DNA from: Euglena gracilis
Taxonomy: Eukaryota
Direction: 5' to 3'
Assembly (NCBI GenBank): GCA_039621445.1
Contig: CP154954.1
Span: 46,603,847-46,667,846, forward strand
Length of the DNA: 64,000 bases
Notes under the pieces: generated by a model
Seen by the model: only the letters and a program-made list of their open reading frames with translations
Database searches by the model: none
What the model was told of the DNA's origin: nothing
In this document: piece by piece, positions 37,082 to 47,100 of the stretch
How the letters are laid out: every line of letters starts with the position of its first letter
Position numbering within the stretch: position 1 is the first letter of the stretch
Translations under genes and position numbers: made by a program

Positions 37082-38588
37082 CTATTGGGCCCCAGGGGGA
37101 GAAGAGGTGGGCCCACCCCCCTTTGACCATGCACCCCCCTTGCCTGAGGAATTTCGCTGAGTGGTTGGCTGCCCTTTACCCTTGGGCTGCCCCTTGCCTT
37201 TTCCATTATTTTGCCAAAAATCCTTAGATTTAGCAAGGGCCTGACTCAGCGGTTTATCACACTCATAAAAATAATGTCCGGGCTCCCCACAGTTGAAGCA
37301 TGGATATGGGGACCTGCCCCTACCCGATGCCTGCGGGGTCCAGGTCTTCCACCCCTTGCCTTGCCGGGCTGGGGTACTGGACTTTGGGTTCGCGACCGAC
37401 GAAGAAGGAGACCTGCCCCGCTGGGCTGACTGGGCTGGCCCCTTATCTCCCTTTGGAGCTGGCTGTGAGGCAGATTTTGAGGTGTGACCCTGCCCCCCGG
37501 CTGCTGGTGCTGACATGGATGTTGGGGACACCGGGGGGGTCTGGCCTTTTTCCAACACCTGTATTTTCCCCGAGCCTTTTGTTGTCGATTTGCTGAATAA
37601 TCTGGGAAAATGGTGCTGATTCAAAGCCAAATCCTGCTTCTCCCGAAGAGCTAACTTGCCCTCGGCAAAAGCAAACATTTCCTCAACAGTCATTAGTTGT
37701 TCCACCAATTCGGCGTTGAGGAAATTTTCCATTCCCTGCAATTTCCTTCCATTTACGGCTGTTAATTTCAGTGCCTCTTCCGAAGAACTGAAATAAATAA
37801 GGCAAATGTCACCAGGGTTTTTGATAACCAATTTCCGTGGATCAATCCCCCCAGTGATCTGGCTCACACTCCTTTTTCCCATCCACCGTGGGATTTGGTA
37901 TCCCTGTGAGCCTGACAATGGGTTGTTTACGGGCTCGATTATCCTCCTCTTTTATGCAAAACTTGCTTAAAAAAGGAGGAATTCTTTCCAAGAATAATCT
38001 CCGAGCCTCCCCGGCTGTGGCATCCTTAACATGGTGCCAGGCACTGCAAAAATTAATCCAAAATTCTTGCAGATCCGCCCGGGTTATTTTTCCTTCGTTA
38101 ACCATGGTTACCTCCTGCCATATTTTCCGAGCCGTCAGCCCCTTACTCGAGGCATAACGGTTCTGGAATTGGGCCAATATGGTGGGGTAACCTAATTTAG
38201 CTCCATTCAGCCGATAGAACCTTATTTCCTCCCGGAATCTGGGTCCTAAACATGCCTCAAAAACCTGCAGCTTTTGCGAATCAGAATACGGTTTGCCTGA
38301 TGTCAACCTATCCCAGTAAAGATTCCAATCTACTTCAAAATCTTGCCAGGAAATGCTGCCCGTTTCATCAAAATAGGGCTTAGCACCTCCCTGCAAAATT
38401 TCGAAAGCTACTGGGTCACTGATAAAAGGAAAACCCAACCCGTGACCTGGGTTGGCTGCAGCCCCCCCCTGTCCCGATGGGCCTAATCGAGAAAGCAGGG
38501 GCTGCGGAAACATGTGGGGGGACACACAACGACACACAAGAAACCACTGCCGTGTCTTGCATGTCCTCCAAAACAAATCCCCCCTCAA
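37082..38588 (-). CDS. gag: Gag core of element B: capsid-like region, RRM-like segment, CCHC zinc knuckle and KG-rich tail (one frameshift at ~37880)
   Basis: KPYFD...SWQDFEVDWNLYW homologous to Gag of C. CFNCGEPGHYFYEC at 37300-37259. Ends in TAG at 37084-37082. Confidence 0.85.
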
Positions 38589-41241
38589 TAACTAAGGGAG
38601 GGGAAATGTTTGAACCTGCAGATTTATTTTGCAAAACATTCAGATCTGAAAAAGATGGGTCAGCACTGGGCACCGTGCTGGCCAGTGAGCTGGAAGGCTG
38701 CCCCAGGGGCTGCTGCGGTCCAGCCGACGGCAGGCCCAGCCCCCTTGGCAGCCCGTGAGCAGGCTGCGGCTGGCCTGCTGGCTGGCCAGGCTGCTGGGCT
38801 AGCTGGACGACGGGCTGCTGGGCCAGCTGCTGCCCAGGCTGTGGCAGCTCCACTGGGTGTAGGGGCTGCTGGCTGCCCTGCCGCAGCCACCACATGTCAG
38901 AAATTTTCTGCAAAACTTCTCTCGGTTCTGCAGTTGGATGTACGGGTCCATTTTTTTGTAAATCCTGCAGCACTTTCTGTAACTCGAAAGTATTCCCCCC
39001 AACTTTTGCAAGTCCCTGACTGAATTCCTCCACCAGCCCACCAAATTTTATCTCCTGGGAAAAAATCTGCTGATAAACACTCTGAAAATTCTGCTGACAA
39101 TCCGTCAACAGTTTTTGCATTTCTGAGTGCCGTTTCTCTACTTCATCTGAAATATTCTGGTGCAGTTTTTGAATACCCCCACCAAAACCATGGAGGGCCG
39201 TATTCATTGCTGAATTTTGCTCACCCAGCTGGCGAACATAATCAGCGAACTGCTGGAGCCGCTGAGCCTGGCCCTGGACCGTACTACGCAGCGATACCAG
39301 GTCAGCGCGAAGTTCAATGATTTTGGCAGCAACAACGGCCAGCTCCTGGAGAGTTTCTGCCTCCCCCCCCTGAGCGGGCTGGGCGGCTTTAAACTTCTCA
39401 GCAAACCGCTGAAATTTTTCAAGCACGAGATCCTTAATTGGTAAGGCAGCCACCTGATTTTGCACTTGTTTAAAAATTTCCTGTGGCAGGCTGTCCAAAA
39501 TTCGTAAAAAATTTTGCCTCAGGGCCAAAAACTGATCACGGCTCGAAGAAAACTGCTGGGCCAGTTTTTCCTCAAAACTTTTTTCCTGCCCGACAAAAAG
39601 TTCAGGTGCCTGTGCGTCAATTTTTTGCACAGAAATTTGCACCTGGGCCTCACATTTTTTCTCAAAAAGTTCAAAAATATGGAGGCAGTCAGCCCTGGCC
39701 GTTTCTTCGATTCGTGCAGCTATGTGCTCGACCAGGTGGTTGTCGACAGCGGGGGGTTGTTGCTGCTGCTGCTGCTGCAGAACCCACTCTTCGTTGGCTT
39801 TTTCCAAAGCCAAAACCCGAAAAGTCAGGTGCTGCACAGTCCGCTTGAGGTCTCTGTTGCTTTGTAAAAATTGCCCCCAGGGGTCTTCAAATCCCTGATT
39901 TTGTGAACCCCCCCTGGGGGTGGCTTCAGAACTTTCATAGGCTGGGGGTTGGACCTCCTCCTCACCCCCCTCGATGAAAATATGAGGATGCTGGGGGCCT
40001 GCAGCAGCTGCTGGCTGACCGTGATCAACCTCACGGTGCAGCCGTTTTTGCTGAACTTCATCACTACCTGGTGATGAAGCTGGTGTTCGGGGTCGCCGAG
40101 TAGAAGTAGAGCTTGGCTGGTCCTTCGGGTTTTCCTCTGCCTGCTCGACTTCTGCTCCGACCCGTTTGCTGCTGTCCCAGTTATTATTATCGTTTAAGCC
40201 CAGCACATTGACATGTGCTTGCTTTTCAAAGAAAACTGGGCTGGTGTTATCACCCCCCTGCCCTGCCGAGGCACTTGCCGTTTCCTTCACCAGCCCATCT
40301 ACCTGGGATGGTTGGGAAAACTGCAAAAATGCTACCGGCTCTTGGGCTGGTGTTGAAGAAACTGGTTGAGCTGGAGGCAAAGGCAATGCAAAAGCGGGTA
40401 ATGATGGCAGATTCCCTAAATTTTGTACCCACGAAAAGTCTGGGAGAGGTTGCAACTCAGGCAGCATAAAACCGTACCCCATATTTTGCAAAGGAAAAAC
40501 CCCTGAAAAAGGCTCTGGAAAACACGGTTGGTTGGAAATGACAACCTGGCCATCCCCACCCTGAAATACCAACATCTGTCCCATATTTGTGGGGGTTCTG
40601 AGTTCAGCCAAACTGGTTTCGGGTCCCAACTCCCTGTTCCCCGAAACTCCAATCGTCAGATTTGCCATCTGAGATTGGGCCATTGGCTGATCATCAAAGA
40701 AAACATTCTGAGCAGGGATTTCCAACCCAAAATTTCCGACTGAAGGCTGAAGGATCAACCTCTGCTTACCATGTTTCACACCCGTGCTGCCATGTCCCCC
40801 GGCAGCACTGGGGTGTAGCGAAAACCCCCGCCCCGGGCCAGTTTCCGGCGTAGGATCGTTTTTTGGCTCCTCGAGCCGACTTGTGTCGGAAATTTCTTCC
40901 CATTCTGGCCCCCCCTGTGGCCGAAACTGGGCCATCATTTCCAAGGAGGAACTTCCCAGTGGACGCTCCCCGACCCCTGAGGGGGGTGTCACTGGGATCT
41001 CCAAGGGGGGTGCCTTTGGGGTTTCAACCCCTCCCTGCTCAGCTGAACCAGTGAGAGCCAACACCCACCCTGGGTGTCATTTCTCACAGTTTCTGGGCCA
41101 AAAAAGGGGGTTTTGGGGAGAAAAATGGCCTGTGGTTGCCTGAGTTGAGGAGTCCCACCCCCCTGCCCCTTTTCACACAGATGAGGTGGGGGGAAGACAA
41201 ACCTCACCTTCTTCAAATGACTGATTGTTTTGTTGATCTTC
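38416..41241 (-). CDS. Long N-terminal ORF1/Gag extension (Q/P-rich, predicted coiled coil) starting within the 5' LTR
   Basis: 882-aa open frame 38416-41064. The upstream MEDQQNNQ start (~41241) is in frame in the LTR copy at 59064-60153 (ORF 58916-59596). Confidence 0.75.
40757..40771 (-). promoter_or_regulatory. Primer-binding site (tRNA-Met-like)
   Basis: TGGTAAGCAGAGGTT immediately follows the LTR-terminal CA and resembles the initiator-Met PBS TGGTAGCAGAG. Confidence 0.8.
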
Positions 41242-41862
41242 CATTTGCAATTGAAATTCCAAATTCAATACTTGATTGTAATTGAATTGCCACAAAAAGT
41301 ACAATGGTGCAACCGGTAAAGAGGAAAACCCTGTGAAAAGAAAGTGATTTTGATGCCCTTGATGGGCAGTTAAATTTAGGATTGAGTGCGCTGATTCCTA
41401 AGCGCTCTCAAAACCCCAAATCCTTACCCATTGCATCAAAATCAACCAACCCAGGTCAAAATCAAGGTTCCCCCCCTTGATTTTGATAAATTATGCTCAA
41501 TTCCATCATTATTGAGCTTTGCAAATCCCTACAAAAACTCCAGGAACTCAGGCGCCAATCTCAGAGAAATCTGTTCCAAGCGCTTGCAAGCGCTCTCACC
41601 AAATCCAACATTTTCCCTTAAAACCAAAGGAAAAATGCATAAAAAGCTTAAAAATATGCTAAATAGACCCAAAATGACCATTTGGGAATACCTAGCATCA
41701 CTGAATCTCTCTCCTTGCACAACCAAACCATGGGCGCCCTAGGAGAGGGAATTTTAATGGAAATCTTTAGAAAGCCTTAAAATTAGAGTTAAACCGCCCT
41801 TAAAAAGGCCTTCTAAAAAGGAAAAACTCCGCCGCCCGGCGGTCGACCTCAAAAGGTCGTCA
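40772..41862 (-). repeat. 5' LTR of element B (1091 bp)
   Basis: TG...CA, followed by the PBS and flanked by TSD CACG. Confidence 0.95.
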
Positions 41863-42388
41863 CACGTGCCAAGCAAGTTCAAGGCGGGAGACTTTGAAGG
41901 GACCCATATATTCAACACCCATTCCACCGGCACCCATGGCGAGTGTGGCCTTAGATGTTTTCAAAATGCCATTGGCAAAGTATGAGGGGGAAAAGTACAA
42001 TACCATGGCGGTGTGTGTTGACCGGCACTCCGGTTGGATCGTGGCCATACCGTTTTTAGAAAACGCTCAAACATTCGGGGGCTTTTCGGATTCCTTCAAT
42101 CATTTCTAGTGACCAAGGGAGTCATTTCGCGAACACATGGTGGCAAACCTTGTGCTCATTTTTGGGACTTCGACAAGCTTTTTCTCAAGGCTACCACCAA
42201 GAAGCCAACGGGCCGGTGGAAAGGGGGTCAACAAGTAATGCAGATTTTGACGAAATTCTTTGTGGACGGAAAAATGATTTGGGTTGAGGCTCTACCCCAA
42301 ACCTTGGACAGGCGTCTTGATGTGAAGGGGGAGTGTGGTTTTAGCCCACACCAAATTATGACCGGTATGAAACGTCCCTTTGGGGGGG
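41863..42388 (+). pseudogene. pol: Continuation of element C integrase, degraded and truncated by the duplication junction
   Basis: TCQAS...STPIPPAPMASVALDVF...VCVDRHSGWIVAIP and WVEALPQTLDR. Joins KNCV at 28795. Confidence 0.9.
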
Positions 42389-43216
42389 GGATATGACCGC
42401 CTAGGAGCCCTATCCGGGTATGAGCAGGATATGAGCCTGCCCCCCCCCTTCCACACCTCTCCCATCTGCTTTTCAGCGATTCGCTTGACCAACCCCGCGT
42501 GCCTTTGGCACACCCAAAGTGGGTGGATGGGCCACTTTGTCAGGAAACCTGCCAAGCCCCGTTTCCCACAGTGGGCTTTTTTACACCCCACCTAAGCCGA
42601 AACGGCTAATAGGTAACCGCGAAACGCGGCTAACCTTTTGCACGTTTTTGGGCTTTGGGTGGATGCCACTGTGCGGAAAGGAGAGACACCGAATGGAGAA
42701 GTGAACCCCACCTGGGGCAGCGTCAGATATCCTGACTGGACTGGAAATCCTGGTCCATGAAGGAAATCGGGCGTAGCCCTGGGAGGGGGATGTGTACCAG
42801 GCACGTCCCAGCTCTGTAGGATATCTGCAGAGTGGGTTCTGTGACGGTCACACCACTGTGGAAAACCACAGCTGGTAGGATCGTGGCAGACCCTTCTGGG
42901 ATCTGCCACTGGACGCGTCAGCACTTTTCTCTCCTTCCCCCAAAGGTGGTATTCTTCACTGTCATCACTTCCAAGTTTGACCATTGGTTTTGTCAGAGGG
43001 AAAAACCCTCGGAACAGTCGAACTTGATCTCAGAAGAAACTTCTGAGTCTTTGCTTTGTGCTTTGCTTCTTGGGGAATTGGGAAGAAAAGGGGAAAACCA
43101 CTTTTCGTTACTCCAAAGACTTTTCCCTACCATAAGTAGGCTGCGCACCAAGGCGAAAGCGAAAGGCTTTTACAGAAAGTCCCAAAAAGGGGAAAAGGGA
43201 AAGCTTTGGACGTACA
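42389..43216. repeat. Repeat family A, partial copy 3
   Basis: Near identical to 5960-6787, including the CTGGAGG flank. Confidence 0.9.
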
Positions 43217-44119
43217 CTGGAGGTTGGTTGTCGTTTTGCGAGCATCCATTTGGACCCGAAAAGCCCTTGTACATCATATGTCGAACTCGAATTGAAGAAC
43301 GCCTTCACCTCATTCGTGAAAAGAAAGGGAAGAGAAAATAAAACTTTCTCTTTTTGGAGCTTTCTTCTTCCTCACCCACAACATCCGTCATCTAAGGAAC
43401 TGTGTACCAAGCACGATCCCAGTTCTATGGTTCGCCATAGAACAACTCCGTCACAATCTGAATTCGGAGTATAGTCTCAGAAGTGGGTGGGATTGTGGCT
43501 GAGCTTGGGGAAATTCGTTCACAACCATGTGTGATCACGCGACCTCCTCTGTGCAGGTGTTATTCTTTTCTTCGCTTGATTTCAAGTTTGATCTGTTCTG
43601 TGAAGTCCGGAAAGGACAGCCAAATCACTTGGCATTATTTGTTGTAGCCCATAAGGCTCTTTCGCCTGCCTTGTGCTCTGCTGTCTTAAGTGGGGGAAAG
43701 GGCTTTACTACTTTTCAACAAATGTATTATCTTATTTTTTTTGTTAAGCATTGACTCACTGAACAGGTAAGCCTCCTTCCCAGCGTGTGTCACACCCATC
43801 GGTGTTCGTGTCGAGTAATCATCCCCCCGCCCAATGGGCACCCCCACACCCATCAGCGTCCACCTCTATAGAGTTACCCAATGCCCAACAGGCACAAGCC
43901 CTTTTGTTAGAAAGCCGATCAGCTATCAGCTATTCCCCCCGAAGGAGATCTCGCACTGGTGCCGATAGGCACATTTGACTATAAGGAGGATGCGCCACGA
44001 CAACTTTTTGTCAAGGGTGGGTTATAAACGCCGTGTTTTTTCCAACCCCTCCCCATGCGCTTCCCTTCACAAGTCCAATAGAACAAATGCCAGTACCACC
44101 TGATGCGGATCATTTTTCT

Positions 44120-47100
44120 GCATGACGGTTTCCCGCTAATGCAAGCCCCGCAGAATCCATGAGCAATGATGTGGAAGAGTTGGGAAATACTTCCATTCAT
44201 CCTGTTACCGTGATTCAGCGCATAGTCGCAAATCTCCCGGTTGACCACCCGCTTGTGTGACAAATTTCTTCTGTACACACTTGTGTTGCAGATTGCGCTA
44301 TGACGCTTAACAAGGTTTTGAGTATTTGATGAAAACAACCAAAAGTTTGTGGAAAACAAGCTGGATTACTTATGGAGTTATGTGCGTGATGTTGGTGAAT
44401 CTTGCCAAACGAATTTTCACTCCAACAATGTGGACCTAGCGACTTTGCGTCAAGGTTTGCAGAAGTTGCATGAACCCCTCATTGAAAGTCCCAATTTGGG
44501 ACAAGTTATCAATTTGCTGCAATTATCTACCCTTGCAACTGCATTTCAGGAAGCGCAACGGCGCATTTTCCAGTTGAGCGGTGATTCCGCGAACTTTTCC
44601 CACTGTTTTTCCCAAGCGCATGAAATTTTTGCCCACTTGCACATCCCCTTGTGGGTTGCCTTTTGGCCCCCTCAACCTGCCCCATCCTTTACCTACCCTT
44701 GCCTTGGCCAAAAAGGCTGTGGGGTCCCCTTGGGGGCCAGTGGGGCCTCCAAAGGCCCTTGGGGGCCTTGGAGCCCCCTCGCGGCCCTTCGTGGCCCCTT
44801 TGGGCCCCCTTGTGACCCCTCCTTGGGGCGGTCACCGCTGGACCGCGCACAAGATGTTCAGTGGACCATAGATTAACAGCCAACGAGGGGACGTTAATTT
44901 TGACACAGCCAGACCCTGAAAATTTAATGTCCGCAGATTTAACATCTGAGTCTTCTAATCTGGCCATAGGGGGGCCAGCCGGGCTGTTAAATCATGCAGG
45001 GTCTAACATGGAAATCAGGAGGGATGAGGAAATGGGACTAGAATTGCCAGTTTTTCAGCCCCCCCGTTTTTGGACCACGGCCACCCGAATCAAATTGTCA
45101 GTGATGGGGGGTGACGCAATGACTTTAGTTTGACTCTTTGGACCAGGAATTGAGCTGGAGCATAACTAACCGGGAGAGCATAATTCCCTCCCAGGTCGTA
45201 ATTGAAAATCGGCTGGAAGATTGTGAGAAGAATTTAGCTGAAAAGAATGCCAGAGCACAGGCAGAACTTTTGCAATCCATTCCTGAAAATATGGGGAGGC
45301 GAACGGCTGAAATGTGCAGCCAGTTTGAGCACGAAAAACCAAAACGTCAGGAGCAAATTCAGCAATCAGTCGGTCAATTTCTTTTTTGATGCCAGGATTG
45401 AGGGAGTGCTGTGGAAAACATTGCAAACAGCCACAAACCTCTTTTGGGGATTGAAGTTAAAAGGCAGATCGAAGGAAAGTTTCATGATCTTGAGAAAAAA
45501 GTTACGAGATTTTCTGGGTGGTGAACTGGCATAACTTGAGAGCCATAGAAAAGATGGTCAGAAAAAATTGTTTGCGCCAGGTGGGTTGATCGAACAAGTT
45601 GGAATTTGTTTGCATTCTGTTGAGGGAATTAACTCAGATTTTCAGAAGGAAATTTTTTGCAGTTCGACAAGCAAATCGTGAGCTATGCTCTGGGGTGGAC
45701 AGAAAATTGCTGAAAACGCTGCTGGGCTGAAAATGGTGGGGGAGGAATCAAAATCAAGTTTTGGGACATTTACCCAGGAAAATCAGCAGCGATTTGACGC
45801 AACTGGAAACGAGAGCAAAGCTCTGGGGGGTAGGATCACAGCAACTGAGAAATTTCTGGGCAGCTAGGAGGTGCCTTGGGAGAAGGTGGTTGAAATGCTG
45901 GGGAAATCAGAAGCAACAATTCAACTGGATGTTTGGAGGGAAATGGCCGCCCAGGTCAGAAAAATGATGAAATCTTTGATGGTGCAAATGAAGGATGAAA
46001 ATCTGAGGCAACCCCAAAAGGAAGAACATTTTTAAAAATTGCAGACTGACATTGAAATGGAGTGAAACAGCAATTTTTCACAGTTTTGATGAACATGCAG
46101 ACAGATTTTCAGTGTGAAAAGAGTTAACGGGATGGTTTGCAAAAAACCGTATCAAACTTTGCGGTTCGGGAAATTTCAGCCGAAAATGCACAGCAAACTG
46201 ACCGCAAGGCTCCTGAAGTGGCCCAGCCCAACGCAACATATCAAAAGAATTAAGGATTTTTTGGAATTAAGAGGGTGTCACCGGCTCAATCATCTTGGAT
46301 TTTCGGGGTTAGGGGGTGACCACAACGATGCCATGTGAAGTCTGGGATGTAGATCTGAGCGGGTGCAGACCATCAAGTAGTTTTCCGGGGGTGCAATTGC
46401 AAAAAATCAGGTCATTGGCATTTGTGCAATGGGGGAGGCACCCCAACGACCCGCAGTCATAAGTGTTGGTAACCCAGCGGTGCAGCATGTGTTTAGAAAT
46501 TTGATTGCACCCAAATTTTCGGGGAAATCCCAGGATTGGTTGCAATTTTGTGAGGTTTGGCAGGCGTTTTCAAGGAAACTGAATTCTGCAGGGGGGGAAG
46601 TGAGTGAAGATTTCAAAATTGCTCTCTTGGAGGATTGTCTTGACGAAACGAGCAAAAAAATTCTGAAGCTCCATCTCAATGAAGGGGAGATAAATTTTAA
46701 TGCCGTTTAGGGTCACCTGGAAATGACATTTTCAGGGAATCAGGAAGGTGGGGCAAAACAAAGTTGGCAGCAGGTGAGCCTTTTTAATATGGGCAAAGTA
46801 GCCCTTGAGGACTGGCTTGAGTTTCAGGCAAAGCTCAATATGGCCAAGTGCAAGGTTAAGGATGTCGGGGAGGGGGAAGCAAAACGACATTTGTTGCAGA
46901 AACTTCCCTCATTCATCCTAAAATGGGTTTCATATGAGAGGAAATGGAGGCTGAATAATCAGCCACCCTTACGCCTAACGGTGCCAGTGAATAGGATTCA
47001 GAAATGATTTCGAACAGCTTGGGGAGAATGCTTGGAAAAAGACCCACAAAAGTGTCGGAAATTCACGAGGGGTAATTAGAAGTCATTTTCCCTGACATTT

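Larger units (their letters stand above)
28796..41862 (-). mobile_element. Full-length chromodomain- and DNMT-bearing Ty3/Gypsy LTR retrotransposon (element B, 13067 bp)
   Basis: Paired LTRs (TGACGACC...GTGAAACA on minus), TSD CACG at 28792-28795 and 41863-41866, PBS, PPT and Gypsy domain order PR-RT-RH-IN-chromo. Confidence 0.96.
5960..42388. repeat. Large tandem segmental duplication, block 1 (~36.4 kb, three C sub-units)
   Basis: 5960-6787 matches 42389-43216 (offset 36429). Similarity continues through C, the solo LTR and element B, with the offset dropping to ~30270 after the missing sub-unit. Confidence 0.9.

Noticed and set aside
37217-37223. G GAU UUU as a -1 frameshift site for gag-pol
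   Set aside because: The DNMT-PR ORF is in the +1 frame relative to Gag, so a -1 slip would not reach it.
28796-41862. Element B as a currently active autonomous element
   Set aside because: RT motif is YIED, pol has several frameshifts (the integrase one is shared by both duplicates), and the LTRs have diverged.
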